The position numbers were made by a program, and so were the translations under genes. Shown piece by piece: positions 1 to 13,400 of a stretch of DNA of 64,000 nt. The notes below the pieces were generated by a model, which was given only the letters and a program-made list of their open reading frames with translations, searched no databases and was not told the DNA's origin. The DNA is from Octopus vulgaris (lineage: Eukaryota), in assembly GCA_951406725.2 (NCBI GenBank), contig OX597823.1, positions 36,084,001 to 36,148,000 on the forward strand, read 5' to 3'. Position 1 is the first letter of the stretch, and the number at the start of each line of letters is the position of its first letter.

Positions 1-1105
1 TGACTAGAATATGAGTACACTGAGTTGAAAGAGCTGTTGGCTATAGTGATTCATACTCTATACAAAAGGCAGGCATGTAATGATATGCAAGGTAATTTAT
101 TCAAATGAAATAGCTTGTTGTTGTTTTGAGGGGAGTGGCATGAATTTTGAGAATAGCAACACTTGGTGTCAGTCATCTCTCAGGATAACTAAAAGAAAGG
201 AGTGGTCATCTATTCAGTCTCAGCTGATTTTTGCATTTTAGTGAGTAGAGATGTGCAGAGATAAGAGGAAGAGATGGAGTTAGGGTGGGGTTAGCTCAGT
301 ACATCATTTCATGCTTTCCATGCTGGCATGTGTTGGACAAGTTACTGCTCTCTTAGCTATCAGAGACTGTCTGTCTCTTAACCTTTAGCATAGTTTCTAT
401 GGTTAGATGCTCTTCCAAATGCCATCTCCATTTCAGTTTATGATGGAAAAGATAACAACACATTGCCTTGTCCTTGGCAAGATTAAAGTACTCTCTCTTC
501 TACATGTAGTAGCTGAGCAAGAAACTTAGAGCAAGAGAGTAATAGAGAAGAAATAATGATGGGGTAGGGGGCAGTGATAAAGAACCTGAGAATTATAGGG
601 AAAGTAGTTGCAGAATAGAAGTGAGTAATGGTAAGAGTGATAAGACAGGATAATTTGAGAACAAGAGAGAATGATGACTTCTAATAAAGAAACGTGCCAC
701 ATCTATTTTGTCATGCATTTGGACAGGTCTTGTCTAGTACTGTATCTCATCACTTGTCATGATTCTTGGAAATCTCCGTGTAGAGTTCAGCCTATTAAGA
801 TGAGTTCCTTATTCACAAAACTGGCATTATTATTATGAAAAATCCAAGGTTAACTGGTCATTTTGTTTATTAGGTTACTCTGCTGTAATTGTATTTCTCA
901 CTATATTGGTCTTAAGTTTCATGATTCAGTGATGTTATGAAACTCTTATACAATATCGTAGAACTATTTTTACTATAACATAGATATATCTGCTAGAATG
1001 TACTCACTGAATATTTAGTTATTTCAAACTGGTATTTTCATTGACCCATTATTATATATTGACAAGAAATGGTTGCTCTAAATTGTGAGATCTCTTCTAT
1101 TGCAG

Positions 1106-1424
1106 GGTGAGTGGAAAGAGTCTGGAAAGAAAAAGAAACGCACCAATACTGCTGCTGCCTCCACTCCTAAGTCAGAACCTGTCTCCAATCATATTTCTGA
1201 AAACAGATCAGAGATTCGGGAACGTAGTAAAGATTGTGAACATCGCACAGCTGACAGAGCTGAGTTTGGACATAGGCGTGCACGACGCACTGGACCTGTT
1301 GCACCAAGACATGCACGTTCCAGAGGAAGAGACAGAAGTGACTTCCGAGAAAACAAAGAAAATGAAGATGAAAGTAATGAAGATGGTGGCAGAGAACGTA
1401 ACTTTGGAAGAGGTCGAGGAAGAG
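1106..1424 (+). CDS. UBAP2: UBAP2/UBAP2L (lingerer) homologue, internal exon A (basic patch and RG-rich region)
   Basis: tcttctattgcag|GGT GAG TGG AAA...GGA AGA G|gtaaat. Encodes GEWKESGKKKKR...RSRGRDRSD...NFGRGRGR. The W-x3-GKKKK motif after the UBA domain followed by RG repeats is typical of the family. Phase 0 to 1. Confidence 0.9.
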
Positions 1425-2161
1425 GTAAATATTTTAATGTTGATATAAACTATGGAACTATCAACATAGCTTGAAGTATCTTTTAGAATAGAGTTTGAAG
1501 AAAGTGTTTGTGTGTGCATGTACACACGCACATGCATCATTTATAGATGACTTTCAAATAACAGTTCTTTATTATTTACTAAAGCAGATACTTTTTAAAT
1601 TAAATCATTTTATTTTCTCAGTCTTTCCTCTCCTTCCCTCATCTTTATACTTTTCTTCATTAGACTGAACTATGTAAAAAAGAAATAAACATTCTATGAT
1701 GCATTCCTACTTTAGAGCAAAACTTTTTATGACAACTCTATTAGTTAGATATTGTGTGATTTTTAAAGTGATTAATATTGTGAGTAGGTCACACTAAACG
1801 AGTTGTTTTCACATGATGGCTGGAGATACTTTCAATGGGGAATTTTTTTAATGAATTTTCTATTGAATTGATTTCAATGTTTGGCAGTGTGTGGCATATA
1901 TTTAGAATGATAATTTGCTTGGGTATAAAGAGGTCTCCAGAAAGGAATCCAACTCTCAAGTAGTGTCACATAATGTTGGTGATTGTAGCCAACATGAACA
2001 TAATAAATTGATGGGTAAATATTTGAATACTGGCAATCTTTTCTGGGTATGTTCACAAACATTGACCGACTTTACTCAAGGTGACAATACACTAAAATAT
2101 TGGAGTTTTGCAACTCTGTAATTTTTAAGTTTTAATGTCTAGAACCAGAAAACCAGTTAAG

Positions 2162-2960
2162 TCATCACCATCATCATTTAACATATATTTTCCATGCTGG
2201 CATGGTTTGGCTGGTTTAACAGGAACAGACAAGTCAGAAGACTTGCACCAAGCTCTGCTGTCTGTTTTAGCCCAGTATCTATGGCTGGATACTTTTCCTA
2301 ACAAGAACCACTTTACAGTGTGTACTGGATGCTTTTTACATGGCACCAGTAGCAGTACGATCACCAAATAATTTGCAGGAAAAAACAGAAGGGAGGGTAG
2401 GAATGGTATTAAGGGGCAGAAAGGTGTCTTGTATTAGAAGACAGAGGTGGGGAGAGAACGATGGTGAATCTGTAACAGGTGAGAGCAAGGGCTGAACACC
2501 CAAGTTACAGACTGATGTATTATAAATGGAATAGACTGGGGACTGGAAAGGGTGGGTGGGTTCATAAGATTTCAAAAGGAGAGGTGAAGCTAGAGGTGGC
2601 AGGGATTTAACAGGCATATTGTGTTCAGGTAAGTAGGTGGACACATGAGGAAGAATGGAGGGGAAGTGTGAAACAGCAGTGGTGAGAGCATGGTGGGTTG
2701 TGAGAGAGGTAGGGGCACATGGACATAGATTTTGCTTTGAGGGTGGGTCTTCTGAAGCATAGCATATTACCAGTTGTCTTTGTCGGTTGTCATCTGTGAG
2801 GATCAATATCTGAAGATCATTTGTCACCACTTCATCACACACCTTCTTGGGTCTTCCTCTTCTAGAGCTTCCTTCCACATTTAGAGAGGAATATTTCTTT
2901 ATGCAGCTGTCCTCATCCACACACATCATATGACCATCAAATATAAACTGTTTTAGTTTG
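2162..2960 (-). mobile_element. RTE LINE 3' end, decayed, with a low-complexity segment
   Basis: GHMMCVDEDSCIKK...VEGSSRRGRPKKVCDEVV on the minus strand; (CAT)n and ccatgctggcatgg tail at about 2162-2205. Confidence 0.7.
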
Positions 2961-5567
2961 CAACATTGTGTAATACATGTACAAATTGTCTGTTTGGAAT
3001 TAGGTAGCATTTTTTTCTATTATTATATATCCTAATTGTATATTTTCTTCAAAGTCTGCTTGTAATTGATTCTTCATTTGTTTGGTGACGTATTTTATCT
3101 GTTTGTTTTAACATGGTGAATATTGTTAGACCTGTTGTTTTTGCCATAGGGAAAATAGTCTTCCCATTACCAATGACATTTTTGTGGTGTGAATGCTGTG
3201 TTTTTTATCAGACAAATTGGAGCAAATAGATTCTACTTTGTTAAGGAGTAAATCATATGACTTATAGTTAATATAAGGTTTGATACTATGACCATGATTC
3301 TAATAGCTTTCACTCATAAGTACAATATCTGTTTTCTTCAGTAAATTAATGACCTGTTATTTAAATTATCTTTGACAGAAGACCAGATTGGATTGCAAAC
3401 TCTTCAATTTGGTAGTGGTGCTTGTCTATTTATTCTGAATTTTAATATGCTGTGGATTGGTGATAAAGGTTATTGATGAGATGGACTATGCATGTGATCA
3501 GCATAGCTGGATATTTTTAACGTCACAGCAACTCTAGCTACTTTCACTATTTTCTCATATCTCTTTTTACTGTTTCATCAGTTCTATTAGAAAGATCTTT
3601 AGCTGGAACACTTGTACCATTTCCATATTTCTTTCTTCAACATCAGTGTCCTTTTTCTAACAGTTTTTAAAATCCAGAATACTGTTTTTTTAATCGTTTT
3701 CTTGTGGCACATTGGCAAACCCTGCACTTTCTGTGTCTCTCCTTGTTGGCATCTCTTCTGATATTGCTCTATGGTTAGTCTTTTAGTTTTTATGGCTCTG
3801 TGTATTGTACCATTATGCCAACATGTAATCTTTTGCCTCATTGACACTTTGCTCCATCCACAGATCTAGTCTGTGACTTGCAGCAGGTTTCCTTTTCATT
3901 ATAAGCATCACCTAGTATCTCTCTGAACTTCCATAAGTTTCAGGTCATAAAATTCATCTATCTCAGGGACATGAAACTATTAGTTTTACAGATTGGATTA
4001 ACCTTTTAGTATTCAGATTTCTTTGTCAAATGTAATGCTTTTTTATTCACATTGTTTTGAATTAATTATGCATCATCTTGTAGCTTTGAGATTTTGATAA
4101 GGTATCTTTATTTAAAAAATAACAAAGGAAAGAGCATCAGGTATGTTCTGCCATACTTCTTTATGGGAGAAAATCTCCACACTGTACATGTACAGTGCTA
4201 TTAAGTCTTTTGAGTGAGAAATTCAGTTCTTGAAAGAAACTTTGCTCTGTTTCAGCTGCAAAACCTTTCGATAACATTTGTATCTATAGAATCAATATGA
4301 TACATGTGCAAATCTCTTCTGTTCTGCCTTACCACTAATCAAGTATACTTATTGCCTAGTTCATCTAGTCATTTGATAATGCTTCCTCCCATTGCCTTCC
4401 TTCCAGGTTTTCCAAGCCTGTCTCTTAACCTTTACAGCATGATCAGCCATGTCATTCTACCACCACATCGCCTTCAGTTTGTGTTTGCTAGATTGGTGTT
4501 AGGAGGGCATCCAGCCATAAAACCAAGCCAAAACAGACTATGGAACCTGGTGTGACCCCTGGCTTTGCCAATTCCTGTCAAGCCATCCAACCCATGCGAG
4601 CATGGGAAGTAAACGTTAAATGTTCATGACTATGATGATAGATGACGAGATGGTTGGTTTCTTAAAGTGTGTTGCATATTATTAGATCAATTGCATCACA
4701 GAACTCTAGGAACTTTACACCCTTCTCATTTCTCAAGGCATAACCATAGCTCTATGTTTGTTGTGGAAGCCATCATCATGTTGGGCAACATGTCCAATGA
4801 AGTCACTGTCAGTCATTCAGGTAGTCTGCAGAAGTGTCTCAGAGACATGGCCCTTCTTTTCTTCTGCCATTTCTACCTGTGGGGTATATGTGAAGATAAA
4901 TTTCACTGTGTTATACTTAGCAAAGGGGTGAAGTAAGAAAGCTTTCCAGTATAGGTGGTAGGTGCATTGCACCTTTGCAATGCATGACCAGTGAGAGAAA
5001 GTAACCAAGGCAAGCCCCAAAGACTCATGATAGAGGGGTAATATATTAAAGAGAACAATTTAAGGCAAGAAGTAAAAGAAACATGGTAAAAGGACAAACT
5101 TAACATATTTGAATACAAAGTACTGAGTGAATCAATGTGGTAAAATTAATGAGAGAGAGTTGGGGAGGACAGAAAATGATACTTATCTTAATATGGTTTT
5201 TTCTTGTATTGACTTTCAAGTTTATTGATTCCATTTTTTTTTTTTACTTGGTTCAGAAAATTCAAGAGTCCCTAAAATTCACTACTTTGACTCTGACTAT
5301 AAACACATTTATATATATTTAATGTGTGTGTGTATGTAATCCAAGAATCTAAGTGTAGAAAGTTTTTAAGCTTCAGTTTGTGGTATATATAAAAAAACAA
5401 AGTTCAGGAGCTATAACAATTTATTGGCGTCAAAGGTTGTAGGCTTTTCCCTGATATCAAAGTTCATTAAACTGAAAAAAATTTTTTATATTGCTCACAG
5501 TTAGCAACTTGAGTTGCTATGAATGCAAATATAAATCCAAATTGAAGGATTGGAGCAGGTAAAATTT

Positions 5568-5651
5568 AGGCTACACGTGTTTCCTAATAAGCAGATCCTC
5601 TGATGTAATAATTACTTAATGAGGGGTACTCTGTTATCTACTCATCAGGCT
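5568..5651 (-). ncRNA. Type I hammerhead ribozyme motif, partly decayed
   Basis: Minus strand reads gc-CTGATGA-GTAGATAACAGAGTACCCCTC...GAGGATCTGCTTATTAG-GAAA-CACGTG-TA-gc. Core intact, 58-nt stem II with bulges and a G-G closing mismatch, palindromic stem III, stem I only 2 bp. Confidence 0.6.
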
Positions 5652-7798
5652 GAAGATACCTTAATTATATGATGGTCACATTGTTAAGAAATCCCAAGTT
5701 AACTTGCTTACAGACAAAACATTGAGGACCAAGCTCAAGATGACAAAAGACCAAGATATCTGGTGCCTTGCTGTGCTTGAGAAAACTCACTCTCCACAAT
5801 AGAATTAATATCCTAAAACCACCTTAGTAAATGCTTGCATGTGCAATGCTCTGCCCCATCTGCATTCTCTCTGCTATGTTAAGCTTCCCATCTCATTCCC
5901 TAAACTCATCACTTCTTTATCTCTGATATTATTCAGCTACCATAATCACCCAAGAGCAGAATAGGCACATAATATGCACCCTCCCTTGTTCCTTTCCCCC
6001 TTTATTTCCCCCCTTCCCTCAGAACCACTGCCATTCTTCATTATCTTCCTCCAGCCATACTCTCTCCTCTCTGCTATCTCTCTCAATGCCCACACATATC
6101 TAACATAACCCCTGCCCCTCCCTGATCTACTCCTATGTCTCACCTTCAGTTATTGCAACCACGTCTATCCCATCTAACCACCTCCCCTCACATTATGAAA
6201 TTTTCTCCCTTTTCCCCTCTGTCTCTTACCCAGTCTAATCCTCACTTCACCTATATTCTCCCCCATTGTGCCTTTAGGGTATGTTCTGATACATATCCAC
6301 CACCATCTCTATTTTTCTCTCCTCCCTTCTCCAATTAGGGTATCTGTGTATCTCTTCTACAGCAAGACACCTGTCTCTATCCCTCTATCATTCTTTTAAC
6401 CTCTCATCTTGCACAACCCCCCCTCCAGTTGAGAGGACTTCACTGGTGTCATACAAAAAGCACCCAGTACATTCTCTAAAGTAATTGGCATTAGGAAGGG
6501 CATCCAGCCATTGGAATCACACCAAAACTGACAAAATTTAGCATAGCCCTCGCTGTCTTGCCAGTATGGAAAATGGATATTAAATGATAAAGAAGAGGGT
6601 AAAATATAATGAAAATAGTGTCTCTAAAATTGGTGTTTGTTGTATGTTTGACAGTCTTGATCTATCTCTTACCCTGATGTCACAGAATAACATGTGTTTG
6701 ATCTTTATTCTTTGTATCATATCTATTGGGGTAGTTGTTAAGATTTGCCCAACATTTCCATTAGAAGTATGCTATGATAACATGATTACTGTCATCCTTT
6801 GTAGAAGTGGTCTGCAAGAATCTCATGAAAATGCCTTTTTGCTGTGTCAGTTTTGATTATGATCCATATACAGTGATCCCTGTTGTTATGTTGCCTGCAA
6901 CCGGTCTAATTTGAATTGTTCTGTCACTCATTCCTGATTATCTCAATTACTTTATCCAGTCTCTCGTCAATAATATACTTACTCCACCTACTCTTGTGAT
7001 GTTAACCACACCGTGAAGAGTCTGTTTCTTGATTTCAAAGAATTAAAATTATTAGTGAATGAGTTAATGAACAAATTCCTTTAAGTTCTTTCTAATGGCA
7101 TTTTCCCCAGTTCACTGAGCAAGCATCAAGAACAGGCATCAGAACAGGTCTATATAGTTGCTGTAAGGTATTAATCCCATATCTCTGATCCCAACATTTA
7201 GAAGAAATAAAAAGTTGATTTTCTTGACACATGGTAGCTATATATACTTTTGTGTGTATTGTAGAGTTAACTATGTAAAACTGAAGAGACATCTTGAACA
7301 TGATGGCCTAAATCTAAGGTTTTGGAATATAAGTATTAGGATGCTAAAAACTCTTGCATTTTCCATACTACCAACTTATATTTTCATGTGATATTATTAA
7401 TATTGTTAGTCATTGTCATCTAATATTCAGTCTTAAATGTGATCTCATTATTACCTCAATTGATTACAGGAACTAGATTGTCATTTATTTGTGAGGCAAA
7501 CTTCAAACTGAGCTTCTAAGAGAAGTTTTAATAAGATATCTATATGTATTGAACTAGTATCATAGGCATTGATTCAACAATAGTGCAACAATAAGTTCTG
7601 TGACTGTTTCAGTGTACCAAGGTCTTTGAAGAATGTATAAAATGTTTCCACTTCATTCTCTGCCAAAATCAGGTCAACACAGAAAATATTTCTGAAAATA
7701 AACTAACCAACCTTTACTAATTGGATCTCTTCACAAGAGAAATATTTTTTCTTGTTTGTTTTCTTTTTTATTTATGTATGTTGTACTTTTCATTCCAG

Positions 7799-7826
7799 GA
7801 GTAGGTCGGCGTGGACGTGGACCACG
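7799..7826 (+). CDS. UBAP2: UBAP2 homologue, 28-nt exon B (GVGRRGRGPR)
   Basis: Long pyrimidine tract then cattccag|GA GTA GGT CGG CGT GGA CGT GGA CCA CG|gtaagt. Phase 1 to 2 exactly bridges exons A and C. Confidence 0.88.
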
Positions 7827-8509
7827 GTAAGTTTTGTTAAATCAATTTGATATAATAAAGAACAGTTTTAACTGTCTTTAAAACAATTACAAAGTTTTGC
7901 AGATGGTGGAAGGAGTTAGATTAAATTTATTAAGGCAGTTTTTCTTCAGCCCTGTGCTCTTCTTGTCACCAACCATAATTTCTTTCAAAGTAAAGTGCTT
8001 CAAACAAAAAGCAGCTCATGGCTGGACATGTTTTCATAGCAGATTGTAAACACTACTGCTTAGACAGTGATATTGTTTTTATGCAATTTCAAGTCAATGA
8101 GCAAGATGCTCTCACACACAGATATGTCTAATTCCACTCATATGGTATTAGTCATTCCAAGACAATAGTAGAAGGCACCTACCACAGTTCCACATGGTAG
8201 GAATGAACCTGAAACCATATGGTTACAAACCACATTCCTGCATCTGTATTTTTAAAATTGCAGAGCATATGCAAATACATGGCCATCAGTTTTTGTGAGT
8301 GTATGGTAATTTTCAAAGGTTTTTTTCTTATATAGAAGTTTACTGTTTTATCTATGGGAAGGCAAAGGAGTTAAACTGAACAAATCGTATTACGTTTTGG
8401 GAGCTGAATAACCTTAACATAGCTTTATAACTGCAAAACTAAAACCTGTAGCAATTGTGCCAAATTTGAAATGTCTTTTTTCTTTTCTTTTCTTTTTTTC
8501 TCAATGTAG

Positions 8510-8598
8510 AAGTTTTCGAAATCAGAGGTTTGATAAAGGTCCACAAATTGACACTTGGACCAATGAGACTGCTGAAAATGCTGAGAAGGAAAATTCAA
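8510..8598 (+). CDS. UBAP2: UBAP2 homologue, exon C (SFRNQRFDKGPQIDTWTNETAENAEKENS)
   Basis: tttttttctcaatgtag|A AGT TTT CGA...TCA A|gtatgt. Phase 2 to 1, open frame; IDTW motif resembles lingerer-family sequences. Confidence 0.88.
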
Positions 8599-9447
8599 GT
8601 ATGTGTAGGTTTTTTTGTGTTATTGTATTTTTGAAATCCCTTTAACCTTTTTGTCCCATGGTCATATGTTACCAGAACTCTTGAAACTAGGTCTTAACTT
8701 TTCATATTGCTAAGCTAGTGATAATATGATAGCTTTGTTTGACAATTCATTATCATCAGAAATCCACATTGCTATTCTTGCATGGGTCAGTTGGATTTTA
8801 TTGAAATTTTCTATGGCTGGTGGCCCTTCCTGTTGCCAGCTCTTGCCTGTTTCAAAATAAAGCAATATCTCGCCATAGTTGACATGTTTTTCACAGAAGA
8901 TACCATGGCTTGTATGATGGTGGTGCTCATTTACAATCATTACATAGTGTCAATACAAGGATATCTGCATGCATGCCCACACATGCTTGTACACACATAT
9001 ATCACTGGCTTCTTTCAGTTCCCATCTACCAAATCCACCGCAAGCTTTTGTTAGGTCCTGGGCAATAATAGATGTGTGCCCTAGGTGCTGCACAATCAGA
9101 TTGAACCTGAAGCCATAAGTTTAGGAAGCTAACTGTTTAACCACACAACTATGCCTGCATCCTATTTTTCTAGATCTGCTTTTTCCCCCCTTGTGTTTCT
9201 GATGTTCAATACTTTTCAAACATTAATCATTAGACTCATTAGTTTGGTCTGGTGGAAGAGACGGTAACCCATGACCAGTGAGACCAACAATGCTCATGTT
9301 TGGTTCTACCAAGGCAAGCCAATAACTGCTTGGAATAAATTCCAAAGAACCAAACCTCAAAGAACTATTCGTAATAGAAACTTCAAAAGTGATATTGAAA
9401 TGCAACAAGTACACATTTTCGTTTTCACTTGTATAAACCCTAAACTA

Positions 9448-9575
9448 GTCAGTAGTAAAAGGGATTCTTTCTAAGAGAATAAAGTGAAAATATTTTTCTT
9501 GAAGAAAGTAGGCCCTATCATCTTCACATCATATTTTCACTTTATTCTCTTAGAAAGAATCCTCTTACTACTGAC
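9448..9575. repeat. 128-bp TA-flanked hairpin (mini-MITE)
   Basis: Arms GTCAGTAGTAAAAGGGATTCTTTCTAAGAGAATAAAGTGAAAATAT and ATATTTTCACTTTATTCTCTTAGAAAGAATCCTCTTACTACTGAC, 37-nt loop. Confidence 0.85.
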
Positions 9576-9787
9576 TACTGACATTCAGTTGGATTAAGAT
9601 ATGGTTCACTCTTGAGATATTGTGTTATTTAGGAATAATTAAAATCCTGTACATTGACCAATGTAACTACCTTTTGTCCATGTTTATCAAACCAGTTGTC
9701 TAATCAGCCATGTTGTCCCTAGCTTGCCAGCCAATTTGTTTATATGTCACCAGTTTTTTTTTCAGTTGAAAATCTTTAACATTTCAG

Positions 9788-9843
9788 CTTGGAATGATAC
9801 CTTATCTCCAGAGGATTGGAATGATGACAGTTGGACCGGAAGT
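9788..9843 (+). CDS. UBAP2: UBAP2 homologue, exon D (TWNDTLSPEDWNDDSWTGS)
   Basis: atttcag|CT TGG AAT...GGA AGT|gtaagt. Phase 1 to 0. EDWNDDSWTGS matches the conserved acidic/Trp motif that precedes L-x-E-[TS]-K-[VI]-F in UBAP2L and lingerer. Confidence 0.9.
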
Positions 9844-10261
9844 GTAAGTAAACTGCAATGTCTTTTTTTATAGTTTTTTCCTTTTTTTTCTTCTGTTTTA
9901 GTTTCTGTTAGTCATTTTAATTCTTTTAAATGGCTTTGCTTTTTAGTTGTCATTTTCATTGTTCTATCTCTGCACAGGTTTTTGTCATGGTTAATTTGCT
10001 TGCCTTACAGGGGGTGTTGCTCTAAGATTAGCTCAGCACATAGCCAAATAGATTATCAGCCCTAATTACAGAACACCTACTCAAAAATGTTTCAATATTA
10101 GGTTATAACAATTGGGAATTGACATTATTTGTTAACTTGGTGGCATAATTTGCTGAATCAACAACTGCAGTTCTTCAGTTATTTCTGATTGCCTTAAACT
10201 CTTTATTGACACTTCATGTATCAATATTTAGAAAAAATATATATTAGTATTCTGCTATATA

Positions 10262-10453
10262 TTGGTTTCGGACGTTGACATAAAGCCAGTAATTTTATGA
10301 GTGGGAGTTAGTCATGCTCAACTGGTACTTATTTTGTCAACCCTGAAAGGATGAAAAAATAGGTCAAACTGGATGGAATTTGAACTCAAAACATAAACAA
10401 AATGCCTCTTAGCATTTTGTCTGGCATGCTAATGATTCTGCTAGCTTGCTGCT
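10262..10453 (-). mobile_element. SINE with Nin-domain-like core, decayed
   Basis: ctggtacttattttgtcaaccctgaaaggatgaaa...ggaatttgaactca. Related pieces near 29345-29430 (minus) and 33340-33530 (plus). Confidence 0.6.
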
Positions 10454-13400
10454 ATACATTGTTTTAAGTTATTCATTTAACATTTAATATTCTTAGCAAG
10501 CATACTTCTTCATTGTGTTACTTAAATGTAATCAATGGTGTTTACCCGACTGGATTTATGTCTCTGATATGGTCTTGTTTAAACTGCTTCTAAGTGCAGA
10601 ATTACAGAATTGGCATATTACTCTTTTATTGAATAAGAAATTGCAACATTGTGCAAATATATCAAATAAGTTTGCAAATCATTTATTTTTAAATGCTTTG
10701 AATTTTCATTTTATTTGGCTTTCATTGGTATTTAATATTTTTGTTTGCATTTTTTCTTTGTTTTGAAGTCCATTGCATTTATTTATTTATTTTTTATTTA
10801 GACAAATGTGTATTAAATGGTGTTTGCATTAATTTTTATACATTTTTAGCACATTTTGAATGTTTTCATCTTAAACAGAATCCTGCAAGTACCGTAATCT
10901 ATGGGGCAGGGAGGAATTAGTTTCTGTCCATTTTAGTTGTTTGCTTTCAAGCTGAAGGTTTCTTTTATTGCTAGAATCGGCCAACTGTACTGCATAATTT
11001 TCCATGTTTTGACCTAGATGCCAGATAGTTTCATAACTCTTAAGAGCACACTGCAGATAGAAGTTAATTGTAAAACACATTAAAATTTTGTTTAAATACA
11101 AATTTTTCTTGTGAATGTTTGTTTATATTTTCCAAATTTATAAATGTCCTGATATTAACTATGCTAAATGTTTATGATATTAGTTTTGTGTAGTATCGTC
11201 TTTGAGAATGTGATACTGTATTTTTAATGGAATTTAAGCATTACAAAAGAACAGTAATGCTTTATATGTTGGTTAAAACTGTTACCAGTTACATTTCAGT
11301 TAAGTTGATAAAATACTTGCCAGATAAGACTTAACTGTAAAAAAAAAAAATCATTACTTTCCCTCCTACTCCCCCCCCCCCTGATTATTACTTTCCATAA
11401 AATCCCCTTGGATACAAACAGAATCTAAAAGGAATTTCAGTAAAAAACGAAAGCATAGTTTTTATTTTCCAACTTAATCTTGATATCCTAATAGCAGCAA
11501 GCAACACTTATTGTAACATTTTAAATAGAGGTCACCATCAACTGAGCTAACGTTAAATATTCTTTCATTTGTTATTTTTTGATTGGTACCCTTGTCATAT
11601 TAAAATATTTTATATCATTGTTTTTATGCAATCAATCATTTTCCCTCTCCTCATTTACAATGAGATCTATCTAAAATGTGAAAGCAGTAAAATAGGCCTG
11701 TTCCACACCAACATACTATAAACTTTTGTTAAATTTAATCATTTTAATTGTATTCACATGTTTGTCTTTTTTTTTCTCTAAACATTTTGAGTATTATCAA
11801 TTTTTTGAAATAATGCAATTTGTTTTATTCAACCCATAATTATTCTTTCTCTGATCCAGTGGATTGTTATGTTTATAAAACTGCACTTTAAGAAATTGAG
11901 TTTAGTGATGGGGTTTAATTCTATAAATTATCACATATTAGTTTCCTGAAAATTATTTTCTTGATCTATATTAGTATATTATTAAACCTGGTTCAAGTAA
12001 CCATCTTCAGTTGCTATTTCATCAGTGTGTTATGTCTAGTATGGTTAATTTTCCATTTTGACTAATTGATCACTTTTGCTGATTAAAAGATGCTAATGAC
12101 TTTTTATCATTATCTAAAATATATGAATTTGTGTTTCTTAGTTGTTACAAATAGGGCATGTGGGCAAGAATATTTAAGCATCTTGGATGTTTTCCTTGTC
12201 TTTTGAAAATCCTGTTGAATAAATTTTCTTATTTAAAATGTTATTCTACTTCTGAAGTAATAGTAACTAGTTACATTATAAAAGTTTATTTCATCTAATG
12301 TTGATTTATCAAACATACTGATGTGAATTATTTATGCTTTAGTGATATAATTGTTGTTATTCCAAGTGAAAGGTGTCTTTTATTCAATTAACTCTACTGA
12401 AGCTGGTATTACTTTTGTCCAGAAATTGTAACCCTTCAAAAGCAATCAGCATTTATATTCTTTAACCAGATATTAAAAAAGAATTATTTTAGATCCTGTT
12501 TTATATGTCAATGCTAGAAACACTTATCAATAATGTTATATTCAATCTGATTACCTCTGTACTTTTGTAGGGTAATTTCTGTTGTTAGCTTTACATTTTC
12601 TCTAACAAAAAAAAACAAAAAAACTACACATTGTTGATATTCTCCATTTACGTCTTAAAAACAATGCCCACTGTCCATCTTCAATCTGCTTCTGTATGTG
12701 CACTACTTAATATTAAAACAATTCCTGGAAGACTATTGTGGTTAAAATGTAAAACAATTTTGATAAATTTCAAGACATGTTAAATACAAGTTTTGGATAT
12801 TGGTTTAAATTAACCCTAAGTTTCAATTCTTGTTAAGGGTTGAATTAACCCTGAGCTTCAACAGATTTTCTTCTTTGAATTAAATTGTCTGAAATACCTC
12901 TGAAATAAAGTGATATTGTTACTAGTGTAGGGATGCATTTGAGAAGTCTGCTAAATTAGAATTTTTTTCTTTAAACATAATGAATACAGGTCCTTGCCTA
13001 TTCTGAATTAAATCTTGTTGGTGAATTTTATCCTTTTTATTGTCATTTATGTATTTTCTTTTTGCACATCTCAATTCCTAATAAAGGATCTATAAATTAG
13101 GAATAATGCTTGTTTTGTAATGCCTAATTCTATAAAATATTTACAGTATGGGAATTATAGATATGAAGGCATCATGATTGATTTAGAAGTGATGGCAACT
13201 CAATTTCTCCAGGAGTGGGAAGCAATGATTGAATTATTGAAATAATTGTTTAAAATACCTAATATTGTATTAGTTAGTTTTACATCAGTTTATTGATGTA
13301 GGAAGCATAGTGTTACATTTTAATATTATTCTTGCGATTCTTAGTTATAAAGAATTTCAAACAGTGTAATATATACTCAAATCAGTTATAAAATGTTTTT

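Noticed and set aside
1107-1540. Alternative-frame and antisense ORFs over exon A, and 35064-35417 over exon E
   Set aside because: Shadows of the real coding exons.
2615-2634. ttcag|gtaagt recursive-splice-like motif
   Set aside because: Poor pyrimidine tract and located inside a decayed repeat; the similar aag|gtaagt near 44604 has no tract.
3530-3585. Minus-strand CTGATGA...GAAAGTAGCTA
   Set aside because: No paired stem I or stem II.
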